Source: Octopus vulgaris (lineage: Eukaryota). From it: a stretch of 64,000 nucleotides of DNA. Where the stretch lies: NCBI GenBank assembly GCA_951406725.2, contig OX597815.1:88040001-88104000 (forward strand). Reading direction: 5' to 3'. Below, one piece after another: positions 26,875 to 39,282 of this stretch (the first letter of the stretch is position 1; each line of letters begins with the position of its first letter). Below the pieces are notes generated by a model. That model was given only the letters and a program-made list of their open reading frames with translations, made no database searches and was not told the origin of the DNA. A program made the position numbers and the translations under genes.

Positions 26875-27114
26875 TTGCCATACTAATATGGCATTCTTAA
26901 AAATAAGAATAAAGCTGTCGCTGATTAGCTCCATGAAGCCATCGCCTCAAGCTAGCTACTTGACACACAAACTGCGTCCGTTATTAAACCTTCGAACAGG
27001 GGAGGTCAGCTGCTTCAACCTGTCGGACTAGCAGGTTTAATAACGGACGCAGTTATTTCCAGAAACGCTGTCGTAATCTCTTTTAAAGAGACTTAGTAAT
27101 TTTAATATTTCTAT
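26871..27114. other. CpG-rich structured insertion with a perfect 22-bp inverted repeat
   Basis: AACTGCGTCCGTTATTAAACCT (26970-26991) / AGGTTTAATAACGGACGCAGTT (27033-27054) plus several small hairpins; abuts (TA)n. Confidence 0.75.
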
Positions 27115-27116
27115 TA

Positions 27117-27156
27117 TATGCTAGCATGGAAAGCGGACGTTAAACGATGATGATGA

Positions 27157-27206
<50 letters not shown>

Positions 27207-27462
27207 TTGATCAACATCAAAAGTCAAGTACATCAACATCAAAATCAGATGGAAACTGTAGTTGCGATACCCATGCCGGTGGCACGTAAAAAGCACCCAC
27301 TACACTCATGGAGTGGTTGGTGTTAGGAAAGGCATCCAGCTGTAGAAACACTGCCAGATCAGACTGGTGCCTGGGGCAGCCTCCTGGCTTCCCAGACCCC
27401 AGTCAAACCGTCCAACCCATGCTAGCATGGAAAACGGGCATTAAATGATGATATTGATGATG
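27117..27462 (+). mobile_element. Two RTE 3'-tail insertions separated by (TA)n
   Basis: ATGCTAGCATGGAAAGCGGACGTTAAACGATGATGATG at ~27117 and a longer tail ~27205-27462 ending in TGATGAT. Confidence 0.85.
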
Positions 27463-27489
27463 ATATATATATATATATATATATGTTTT

Positions 27490-27657
27490 TGTGTGTGTGT
27501 TTGTCCTGCCAACACCCCCATAACTTAGTGGTTTGGCAAAAGAGACTCATAGAATAAGTACTAGGCTGACAATGAACAAGTTCTGGGGTCGATTTGCTCA
27601 ACTAAAAGTGGTGCTTCAGCATGGTCTCAGTCAAATGACTGAAACATGAATAAAAAG
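27490..27657 (+). mobile_element. 3' half of SINE family A
   Basis: TAACTTAGTGGTTTGGCAAAAGAGAC..AGAATAAGTACTAGGC..AGTCAAATGACTGAAAC. Confidence 0.85.
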
Positions 27658-27687
27658 TATTTATATATACAGCACACACACACATAT

Positions 27688-28048
27688 ATCATCATTTAAC
27701 AGCTGTTTTCCATGCTGGTATAGGTTGGATGGTTTGACTGGTAAGCTGGGGAACTGCACCAGGTTCCAATCTGATTAAGCATGGTTTCTATAGCTGGATG
27801 CCTTTGCTAATGCCAACCACTCCAAGAGTGTAGTTGATGCTTTTTACATACCACCGGCATGGGTACCAGTTATGTAACACCAGCACTGGCCACAACTATG
27901 ATCTCACTTGGCTTGACAGGTCTTTTCAAGCATGGTATATCACCAAAGGTCTCGGTCACCTATCACTGCCTCTGAGGTCCAACATTTTTACATGCCACTA
28001 GCATGAGTGCCACTTACGCAACACTGGTGTTAGTCACGACTATGATTT
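27688..28048 (-). mobile_element. RTE 3' UTR/tail with duplicated internal unit
   Basis: Reverse complement of the adjacent plus-strand tail; TTTTTACAT.CCAC..GCATG.GT.CCA unit at ~27841 and ~27985. Confidence 0.85.
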
Positions 28049-30270
28049 ATCTATCTATCTATCCATCCATCCATCCACCCCCCACACACACATGCACAGA
28101 CATATGAAAGAGAGGTGGTGGCAACTATGTTTGTTCAGCAGAGATTATGTGGATTAGCATTTGTAAAATTTGTGAGTGAATATTTTGGTTGTTCATATCT
28201 GGGACTACATTGTCTGATATATATTTTGAGAGAAATCTAGCTTCTATTTCTAGCTGGTCTTTTCATAGAAGTAAGGCATGCATGAAATGTGTATAACAAT
28301 TGTGTTGGAAAGGTGGACAAGGAGTGATGTGTGGTGTCCTCTTTACATAAGATTGTAGTGTTTGAACTAAGTGTGAAGGCTTATGTGTTGTTAAGAGAGT
28401 TTAAAGACATAACAAAATCCAGATGCATACCTGAGATAGAAGGAAATATACATTTGTAATTCACTTGTTCACTACAACAATTGTGAAAATATACAGAAAA
28501 AATTTATATAAAATTACAGCATCACTGTAAAACTTCATTTTTTCCTTCCTTATCTGATTTTGTTTGATTAGAGATATCAATAGTTGATCAACTAGATATC
28601 AGTAGTTGACTTGTAGTTGATCAGTGGGATCCAATTTTTATTTTGATTCAATTAGTAGTGGTACCATATTTTTATGATGGAAAGTGCAGTCACCTGTAAA
28701 ATGAAACCCACAATTTAAATGTACAGTACATTTTATATAACCTTTTATAGGTCTAAAACAAATCTAGAAGGGGGTCTTTTTTTTTCACTAATAGCACTGT
28801 ATACATGCTCATCTTTAGACATCACTGAAGCTGATTTTGCTACACTGAATATAAATCAGTATTTAACTGCACTGATCCCTCAGCTAATTATGTTCTCTAT
28901 TAACTTGGGAACTATACTTACTTAGACTCATTATTATCTTGGTAAAATGCATGCAAAATGTGTTTGAGTGTATACATGTGTGTGTGCCCATGTGCTTGTG
29001 TGTGTATTGTTTAGTTCAAGGTCAACTCTGATCAAGGAAACCTCTGAAGGCATCCCAATAGTAACCATTTTGTCTTTTTTTTTTTTTTTTGAGATTCAGC
29101 CTATCTTGGACAGCATTACCCCTTATACTCTTTATTTTGTTAGAGTGTAAGGTGGGATTTGAAATAGAGTTCTCTGCTAGTTTTAGCTATTTGAGCAACC
29201 ATGTAGCGGCTTGCTCATTGTAATAGGAGGATAAAGTGTAGTTACATTTAGCTAAAGCTTTTGCAAATATCCTGTTTGGTTTCATAGCTTATTATATTAA
29301 ACTTTAGACATTGCAAGACATACTATACTATTTTGAAAACAATAGTTCTGCAATGCTGAAAAGAAAATGGCTTAGCAAATATTATCATGTTGAACACACA
29401 AATATTCCTCAATAACTTTTGCACAGATGCAGATAAACACATGGGCTCACACACTCATGCACTCACAAACTCACACAATCAAACACACACATACTCCCTC
29501 ACTCTCTCTCTCTCTCTCTCACTCACACAATCTCATTCATCAAATATTACAAAACAGCTGGCTTCTTATCTCTATTGGTATTCAGTTTTTTAGCAAATTC
29601 AAATCTATTTACAGACTGCCAATAATGTTATGATCAAAGAGAAACATTCCTCTCTGGGGAATTGGTGTCATATTTGTTTTCAATTTAGTCTCCATTTCCT
29701 TTATTGTAGTTCATAAATACACAAGCCCATCCTAATAAATTCTGCTCATTGTTTATTCAGTTCTGTTTATTATAGAGTTCTTTATTACACTAATATTAAA
29801 CAAATCTATTATATTTGCATTTTGTTTTTTATTTTTTGCTTTCATTTATTCATAAATATGGAATAATGTTTTAAAATTCTTGGTCACTTTTAAAGGATAC
29901 ACTGTTTTGTGTTTTGTCTATAATCGTTGTTTCTATACTTTATTACAATCTGTATTTGATTGAAAGGTTATTCTGGTAAATTTTAAATCTTTTTTTTTAT
30001 CTTGTAGTTTTCATGTTCGTTTTCTTCCATGTCATGATTATTTTGTTTTTCTTCTTGATTTGCTCTTAATTCTTCTCCTGAAGGTTTTTGTTGTTGTTTT
30101 CCTTATCACAAATCAGATGCTACCCCTACCTTGCTGACAACTGCTGTTCAGGTCTCAGCAATTCTTTTTCCCCTCATTTCAAAGAAAATTCTCTTCTGGA
30201 TGAGTCACAGAAAATATTTAACTTGAGCATCAATATACTTTATAGAATATACACACAGGAATGTGTGCAT

Positions 30271-30285
30271 GCACACACTCACACA

Positions 30286-30319
<34 letters not shown>
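30271..30319. repeat. (CA)n microsatellite
   Basis: Direct reading. Confidence 0.95.
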
Positions 30320-33300
30320 TACTTACATTCATATCCACTTGTGACATGCATACATATGTATACATGCATGCTATGTACAGACATACATATTTGGAAATAT
30401 GCTTACTTTGGTATATACTCACTGATATGTGCATATGTGTACACATGCTTTCTGGTATTCAAGCCCTCATACATCAAACAGTTTGAAAAATATATAATTA
30501 AATTGTTAGAACTTGTGGTTTCATAGCTGGATGCCTCTTCTTAACATTTGTTTCTTTTGACTAAACACAAAGTGAAGCCAAATTTTTAATGGCAGTAATA
30601 TACTGCCAGTTATTCAATTGGTTATATCACAGTCATCAAAATTGTTGTGTTTAGCTTCAAGAAATCAATATTGATATCTTGGGTTTTGAATCTTGTTGAG
30701 AGAGTAAGGAGTTAATCTAGGAAGTGTTTTATTTCCAAATATTAGTTCTGTCAATGATTTTGATATCTGCCCTTTTAGGTTTGTTGATATAAATATTATT
30801 CTTATGTTCTTTCACAAACATGCCCTCTCAAAACAAAATCACTACTTAATTTGATAGCATAGCAACAACATTTGTTTTCTATTTTCAATTTGATTCATAT
30901 TCATGTACATTATTACTAACCTGCCAACGTATAATGATTGTTTAGATGTACCAGTATTTACAGGGGTCAGATTAACAAATTTATTGCAATATTTCTTAGA
31001 AAAGTCACATCTCAAAGTCCAACTTTATTTTCTAACATAATGTAATTATGTATCTAAATTTTTAAGGATTCAATTTCAGCACTTGAAACCATCAAATTAC
31101 ATATCAATTCTCAGTGAATAAGAGACATTTCTAGTGACAAACCACAAACTTCACTTGCTGTATATATTCTCGTTCTTTCCATTACTTACTTTCCTCTTTG
31201 TCCATAACTCACTCTCTCAATGCATTGCAAGAAACATATTTAGGTACCAATTCAGTAAATTATATAAAACTCATGTCCAAATGATATATGTTCAGATGTG
31301 CAGAAAACTTCAGCAAGGAAGCCTCTACATGGTTGCCTGACTTGCTAAAAACAGCAACCAAATTTCTTCAAAATCACACTCTGCCATCTTAAAAAAGGAG
31401 GAAAGATACATTAAATATTGTAGTCATTGATAAATAAAATGAGAGTAAAAGCTGGAATACCTTTGATCATATCTTTGCTTGATCATGGCTGACCTGGGCT
31501 AAATAACAGCAACTTCTCTACTCATACCTCCATATAACTGATAATGTGACAAATATTTAAGAACAAATGTTGAACCTGTGCAAGACACAGTTATCGTGTC
31601 TCATTAGAAATGAAAGATAGTTATATCTAAATTTGAAACATTCCTATCCTATTTCACTGTAAATTCAGATAAAATATCTTGTAGGCAGCTTGCTGTTTAT
31701 TTATCAATTCAGTGTCATATAGATTAACTTGCCTTGATTCGTTTGCTCCCTCAACATTGCTTACAAGATTATCTTTTCGGTTTGATTTCAAACCTGGAGA
31801 GAAGAGGTGAAGTGGAATAGATTTGGTATATCAGCAAGTTTTGTACATCTTTGGAGTTTTGGGCTTTTACTCTGTGCTTGCTTACTGCTGAATTTCCCCT
31901 TCTATGCTGTGGTTTGCAAATTCAGAACACAGTTTCTTGCACTGGCTGCTAATGTCTTTTGGGAAAGTCATAAACATTGTTACATACTCTCATTTGTATT
32001 TTAAGTGTTAGTCTTCCACAATAAAGAACCAAACAATGCTTTATGGTATTTCACAGAGTGCTTCACTATTTTCTATGCTCATAGAACATTGTATCAATAA
32101 ATTATGTTGAATACATTCCCTCCAGCAGTGCACAAGAGCACACATCAACTGGGATAAGTCTGTAATCTTTAAACTTGGCATAGAGAGAGGCAAATCCATG
32201 TCAACCAAAGCTGATTTTTGTTGCTGGAACAAGGAACTGGTTAAAATTTTCTGGACCCGGCTTGGACTAGACCTTCAGGTAGATAAGAACTGGAAAGTAG
32301 TTGTAAATAGGTTAACCATTCTTACTTGGAAATGGGCTTAGAAGAAATTTTCCCTGAAATGTTGGACAGAATTCACCAGCATCTGCATCACCTCAGTGGT
32401 ATTACTGTATGAACGCTTTTCCACTTCTTATGGAAGATACATTCTACTGGTTAGGAAATTCATCTGCTACCAATACCCACTCTGTTGTGGTCTCAGGGTG
32501 CCGTCATTGATAATACACATGTATGCACTGTGACTGACACACCAACAGAAATATCTGAACTACTGTGGCAGTGATGATATCAAAAATGAAGGGCAACTAG
32601 TTGGGCTCCATTCGTATAATACATCTTTCAGCAGCTCCAACCCAAGTTGGGCGTTGTTATCTAGGATGTTGTTAGGTGCTCCCAGTACTATACTAGCTGG
32701 ACAATGCCATCAACAGCAGTAAAACAACTCTTACATTCTTGGAGGGTTAGTGAAGGATATAAACAACTAGTCTCATTCCCACTCTCTACTAATAAGAGCG
32801 TTATCTGTTTGAGATAAGCTCTATAGGCATGGATGTGTCAACAGCTAAATCTGTCCAAAATGCATGGAGGTTGACGATTTGCTCTCATTTAGTGTCCATG
32901 CACTACTAGTTATGGGCTTGTGTCAAACAGCTGCTATTACGTGTAGAACAAATCCAGCTATCAGCTGAGTCTGTGGTGAAAAATCAACACACCACCCTCC
33001 TTTGGCAGGGAAGGGTGGCTAGTCTTCCTCATCTTGGTGAGTATAGCAAAAAAAAAAAAAAATCAAAGAAAAGTGGTGGACTCATTTGAAAAGCTTGAGG
33101 ACCAGCATTTTTCTCACTGACCAAACACTCAACTTCTTCTAGTACCACTTGACAAGAAAAGTGAAGAAAGAGAAGATGCTGCTGCTTTCTAGTGCATTTT
33201 ATAAAAGGTGGGTAAGAGAGGTGAGACTGGAAAAGCTGAATTGGCTTACTCTAAGTATGCTTCTCTAAGTGGGAGGAAGGAAACAGAAAGTACTTTTAGT

Positions 33301-34540
33301 GATTTAGATGTGACAAAGTAACCCAGACTTTTATGTGAGATTTCCACCTAAATTACTCTGGGCACCCCACTATTGTTGGGGAAATTTTTTATGTCATTTT
33401 GTTTCAAACATTTCTTTATACTCATTGTAAAGCGTGTATTTTGTTTTTTTTTTGCCTGGAATTTTCCTTAATTTCTTGGTCTCTTGTGACTAATAAACAA
33501 AATCATCATCATCATTATTATTATTGCAACAGATGGTATAACTAGTTGATGGGCAGACAAAATGCCTTGTGGTATTCAATTACATCTTTATATTTTCTGA
33601 GTTTGTATCCTGTCAAAGTTGACTTTGTTTTTTATCCATTGAGAACTGATAAAAACAAGTACCATTCCAGTTCTTGGATAATTTAAATCAACAGCCTCTA
33701 CCTCTCTTGAATTGAAGCTTATATTATTTTTAACTTGTATGTGAAAATTATGATAGATATTATATAATAATGATTGTTATTCTAATTTGCTATCCTATTG
33801 TGTTTATGCAGCTAAGTGCAACCTTAAATTTGTGCACTTCAAATGTTTGCTCTTTCTTGGCTCTAGTCTATTGATACCACTTGCAGACAGTAGCTGAATT
33901 GTTCTGATCCCATAAAGGTAAAATACAAGCAGGTGAGGTTAGTTAGCTATACAATAAACCTATTTCTTTCTATATCAGCTAGAGACATTCATTTTTAGTC
34001 TTTATACAATACTTTTATCTCAATGGAAACCACCTGATGTTTATGTAACACTGTTACAAAAAAAAAGTGAAATAACATTTGGAAGTGAATTTCAAATTTA
34101 CTTACAAGGTCATGCAGGCAACAACACTATGCAAACATTATTTCAAAATACAAATGTGTAAGGTACTAAGCATTGGGTACCCATTCCCATAAAATATATC
34201 CCTAAAAGTGTGCTGTTAAGCAAACAGCTGCATTTGCTCCATCGGATTGCAGGAGGCTTTGTTGGTTTGCTTCATTATTCTGTTCTTCTCTTTGATGTAA
34301 AATCAACTTACTTTTCATTGGCTATGCTACATTAACTACATCTCTTAGGCTATAATACAAACTTCATCTTACACTAACTGTAATACACCATTAAAAAACT
34401 GAATAATATATATGTGTGTGTGTGTATAAACATATAAACATATATGTATATGCACACATCATACACGTTTACAGACATAACTATGTACTTTTATATATAT
34501 CCCACATTCGCCTTGATAGATCGCTAGCCACTACACATTC

Positions 34541-34955
34541 TTTATTTTCTCTCTTTTTCTCTCTTTTACTTGTTTCAGTCATTTGACTGCGGCCATGCTG
34601 GAGCACCGCCTTTAGTCGAGCAGATCGATCCCGGGACTTATTCTTTGTAAGCCCAGTACTTATTCTATCGGTCTCTTTTGCCGAACCGCTAAGTGACAGG
34701 GACGTAAACACACCAGCATTGGTTGTCAAGCAATGCTAGGGGGACAAACACAGACACACAATCATATACACACACATACATATACATATATACGACAGGC
34801 TTCTTTCAGTTTCCGTCTACCAAATCCACTCACAAGGCATTGGTCGGCCCGGAGCTATAGCAGAAGACACTTGCCCAAGATGCCACGCAGTGGGACTGAA
34901 CCCAGAACCATGTGGTTGGTAAGCAAGCTACTTACCACACAGCCACTCCTGCGCC
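34541..34955 (-). mobile_element. Full-length young SINE family A
   Basis: Near-identical reverse complement of 8616-9035, CpGs retained. Confidence 0.92.
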
Positions 34956-34956
34956 T

Positions 34957-35105
34957 ATTGTTTCTCTCCTTGTTTCTTTCTGTGTTCTTTTCTGTGGAAG
35001 ACCGTAGGCTCGAAATGTTTTTCACTTTTTCACTTCCCAAGCATTAAATTAATACATCTGTTTGTTGTCTTTGTCTTTTGTTTTTTTTTTTCTGAATTCT
35101 CCCTA
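34957..35105 (+). mobile_element. Penelope-like terminal-repeat fragment with degenerate minimal hammerhead core
   Basis: CTGTGGA-A-GACC-GTAG-GCTC-GAAA-TGT (34992-35018); related internally deleted copy on the minus strand at 38345-38420 reads CTGTTGAAGAGC; both adjoin (TA)n. Confidence 0.5.
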
Positions 35106-35109
35106 TTTA

Positions 35110-35167
<58 letters not shown>

Positions 35168-35170
<3 letters not shown>

Positions 35171-36413
35171 CACTTGTGAAGACCTGTTGAGGCAAGTGAA
35201 AATCAAAATCAAATCAAATCAAATCAAACCAAATCAAAATAGATGAACATCAATGGAATTTGTATCTTTGTGGTACCAGTACCGGTGGCACACAAGAAAA
35301 CCATCCGAACGTGGCCGTAGCCAGTACCGCATCGACTGGCCTCTGTGATGTGGGCACATAACAAACACCATCCGATCGTGGCCGTCCGCCAGCCTCATCT
35401 GGCACCTGTGTCGGTGGCACATAAAAACACCAACCGAAGACCCGGCAAGACTAGTCAGGCCATAACCCATGGCCCCTACTTGGGACGTAGTCAGTCCACC
35501 TGTGCATACCTTCCTTCCTTCTTGTGACACTTGTGAAGACCTGTGAAGACCTGTTGAGGCAAGTGAAAATCAAATCAAATCAAATCAAAATAGATGAACA
35601 TCAATGGAATTTGTTCTTGTGGTACCAGTGCCGGTGGCACACAAGAAAACCATCCGAACGTGGCCGTAGCCAGTACCGCATCGACTGGCCTCCGTGCTGT
35701 GGGCACGCAACAAACACCATCCGATCGTGGCCGTTCGCCAGCCTCATCTGGCACCTGTGTCGGTGGCACATAAAAACACCATCCGAAGACCCGGCAAGAC
35801 TAGTCAGGCCACAACCCGTGGCCCCTACCTGGGACGTAGTCAGTCCACCTGTGCATACCTTCCTTCTTGTAACACTTGTGAAGACCTGTTGAGGCAAGTG
35901 AAAATCAAATCAAATCAAAACAAATCAAAATAGATGAACATCAATGGAATTTGTATCTTTGTGGTACCAGTGCCGGTGGCACACAAGAAAATCATCCGAA
36001 CGTGGCCGTAGCCAGTACCGCATAGACTGGCCTCCGTGCTTTGGGGACGTAACAAACACCATCCGATCGTGGCCGTCCGCCAGCCTCATCTGGCACCTGT
36101 GTCGGTGGCACATAAAAACACCATCCGAGCGTGGCCGTCTGCCAGCCTCGTCTGGCACCTGTGTCGGTGGCACATAAAAACACCATCCGAGCGTGGCCGT
36201 TCGCCAGCCTCGTCTGGCACCTGTGTCGGTGGCACATAAAATCACCCACTACACTCTCGGAGTGGTTGGCGTTAGGAAGGGCATCCAGCTGTAGAAACAC
36301 TGCCAGATCTGACTGGCCTGGTGCAGCCTTCGGGCTCCCCAGACCCCAGTTGAACCGTCCAACCCATGCTAGCATGGAAAACGGACGCTAAATGATGATG
36401 ATGATGATGATGA
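35168..36413 (+). repeat. Head-to-tail concatemer of an RTE LINE 3' UTR (units start 35168, 35525, 35870) ending in (GAT)n
   Basis: Units of ~357 and ~345 bp, each with (AAATC)n and ~61-bp subrepeats; third unit has extra 61-bp subrepeats then the standard tail 36240-36413. Confidence 0.9.
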
Positions 36414-36423
36414 TATATATATA

Positions 36424-36621
36424 CTTTTATTTGTTACAGTCATTTGAATGCGGCCATGCTGGAGCACCGCCTTTAGTCGAGCAAATTGCCCCCAAGACTT
36501 ATTCTTTGTAAGCCTAGTACTTATTCTGTCGGTCTCTTTTGCCGAACCGCTAAGTTACAGGGACATAAACACACTAAAATCAATTGTCAAGTGATGTTGG
36601 TGGGGACAAACTCAGATGCAC

Positions 36622-36660
<39 letters not shown>

Positions 36661-36839
36661 TGTGCACAAACACACATGATGGGCTTCTTTCAGTTTCCGT
36701 CTACCCAATCCACTCACAAGGCTTTGGCCGGCTCGAGGCTATAGTAGAAGACACCTGCCCAAGGTGCCACACAATGGAACTGAACCCAGAACCATGTGGT
36801 TGGTAAGCAAGCTACTTACCACACAGCCACTCCTGCACC
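36424..36839 (-). mobile_element. SINE family A
   Basis: Reverse complement of 8616-9035. Confidence 0.9.
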
Positions 36840-37567
36840 CAGTTTTCCTTTATTTATACACACATGCACACACATATATGCTACTGTGTGTTTATATATA
36901 TAAAGGAAAACTGCACTAATGTCTTTCCTAAAAGAATATATCATACACACACAAACACAATTATTTCTGTCTGTGTGCAAGTGAGCATATATCTTTTCAT
37001 TTAATATGTATTTGTAAACAGTTGAATTCAACAGAAAATCTTTATAGTTGCTTGCCCAGCCATCAAGAGATGCATTATTTAGTTTCCACTAAAGAACGAC
37101 TTTTTTTAAAAAGTGTATTGTTAATAAAATCTTTTCATATTTATATCTGATAAAAAAAAAAGTCTAGCTATTATTATTAAATGATTATAAAAAAATCTTT
37201 GCTTTTATATATTGAAAGAGGGAGAGAGATAAAAAGGAAATTTATGCTAATTTGTACACAGCATATACTGTGAAGGCATTCTTTTCTATTAACTGTTGAC
37301 CTGAGATCATGATGACTGACATCCTCTGATGCTATTGTTTCCTCTGTTGGTGCAGAGCAACATTGAACTTACTAGAAAGAATGTTTAAATATGTTGACCA
37401 ACGAAGCTTGCCACTTTCTTCAATGTCCATGCCAAACCAGAGGGAGTTGCATACATACATTGTAACTACATGCTACAACTATAATACTTTTTACCATCTG
37501 CTGAACTATCTCCCCCATCTCTCTCTCTCTATATATATAAATATATGTATATATATATATATATAAA

Positions 37568-37610
<43 letters not shown>

Positions 37611-38441
37611 GTGTGTGAACACACACGCACATTGCTTTTACAACACACATTGTATAAACAATTTCAATTTGTTTCCAGTTCATTGAATAATGAGCCATTA
37701 TTTCTGACTTAGTTTGATATGTGGTCTATATTAACTCAAATTACTTTCCCTATCTTGTCTTTTATCCTCTTGTTTTGAGCAGCTTCATTTTATTCACTGT
37801 CTACTCAATTTCTTTTCACATGTTACAATTTATTTATTTTATTCATTTATTTTTCTTTTCTCTCTTTAAGTAGGTGTCTTTGCATTTATAAAACAGGGCC
37901 ATCTGGCCTTACTTTAAAAATGCTTGCTTTCTATAAGTGCAACTGTTTTCCAAAGTAGTTGATCATGTTTTTAACATAGATACTAAAATAAAAGCAAGTC
38001 TGCTCAAAGAGACACTTTGGTTATACTGTAAAACTCGAAAAGATGCATTATGTGTTGAGATTTTTCATTGTAAAAAGTATTAGACATTATACATGCCAAT
38101 TTAAGAGAGAAAAGAGCAATAGACTCTGCTCTTTTATCTAACCACTGCCTTGCATGAATTCTCGATAAACTGATAATGATGAGTTATGCTTGAAACATAA
38201 AACTTCTACTCTTTTCCTTTTCTGAGCGTCTTATTAAAACGTTGCTTGTGCTATGTCCAAACGTTTGTTTATTTCTTTTTCTCTGTGTTTTTTTAATCGA
38301 CTATATATATAGATATACTATATATATATTGATATATATATAGTTGAAATTTACAAAAAGCAAAGACAGGTGTGTAAACAACAAGCTCTTCAACAGAAAG
38401 GAACACGAGAGAATAAAAATACATCATCAATATATATATAA

Positions 38442-39282
38442 CCTCCACTGGATGTGTAATGTCAGTGTGCATATACGACAGAGTGTAAGTGCCTTGAGAG
38501 AAAAGTTGTACCTAAGAAGAATCAGATGTGGTGTGCAAGAGAGATGACTGTGCTGGTATGGTCATGTGGTGAGAATGGATGAGGATAGCTGTGTGAAAAA
38601 GTGTCACACCCTAGCAGTTGAGGGAACCTGTGGAAGAGGTGGTGAAGCACAACCTTTGAACATTAGGCCTCACCCAGGCAATGACTAGTGACCAAGACCT
38701 TTAGAAATATGCTGTGCTTGAGAAGACCCGGCAAGCCAAGTGAGACCATAACCCATGGCCTATGCCAGTGGTGTAACCAGCCCATTTATGCATACCTTTC
38801 TTTCATTGGATGCTAAACTCTGCTTACGAAGACCTGTTGAGGCAAGTGAAATCGAAATCAAATTCATTGACGTGGCCAATGACAGCATCACCTGACTGGC
38901 ATCCGTGCTAGTGTAACGCTAATAGCACCATCTGAGCGTGATTGTTGCCAAGGCCGCTGACTGGCTCCCATGCTGGTGGCACATAAAATGCACCATCCAA
39001 GCGTGATCGTTACCAGCGTCACCTTACTGGAACATATGCTGGTAGCACGTGAAAAACAACATTCAAGTGAGGTCGTTGCCAGTGTTGCTGGACTGGCTCC
39101 TGTGCAGGTGGCATGTAAAAAACACCATTCAAGCATGGCTGTTGCCACTACCACCTGACTGGCCCTCGTGCCAGTGGCACATAAAAGCACCCACTACACT
39201 CTCGGAGTGGCTGGCGTTAGGAAGGGCATCAAGCTGTAGAAACTCTGCCAGATCAGATTGGAGTCTGGTGCAGCCATCTGAT
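38442..39282 (+). mobile_element. RTE LINE 3' fragment (ORF C-terminus plus minisatellite 3' UTR)
   Basis: LHWMCNVSVHIRQSVSALREKL...GVQER*LCWYGHVVRMDEDSCVKKC..LAVEGTCGRG; about five ~62-bp subrepeats at 38875-39190. Confidence 0.9.

Noticed and set aside
28570-28625. Short AGATATCA.TAGTTGA repeats
   Set aside because: Small local duplication with no further structure.
35184-35203. Hammerhead core CTGTTGA-GGCAAGT-GAAA in each concatemer unit (retrozyme idea)
   Set aside because: Stem II cannot form properly and no stem III / UH site is evident, so it was not called a ribozyme.
35168-36413. CRISPR-like array or repeat-protein ORFs
   Set aside because: Units are homologous along their full length with no unique spacers, there are no cas genes, and the sequence matches the RTE 3' UTR elsewhere in the window; the overlapping ORFs are by-products of GC-rich repeats.
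38875-39190. CRISPR-like repeat-spacer pattern
   Set aside because: Diverged ~62-bp minisatellite inside a LINE 3' UTR; the variable parts align with each other.
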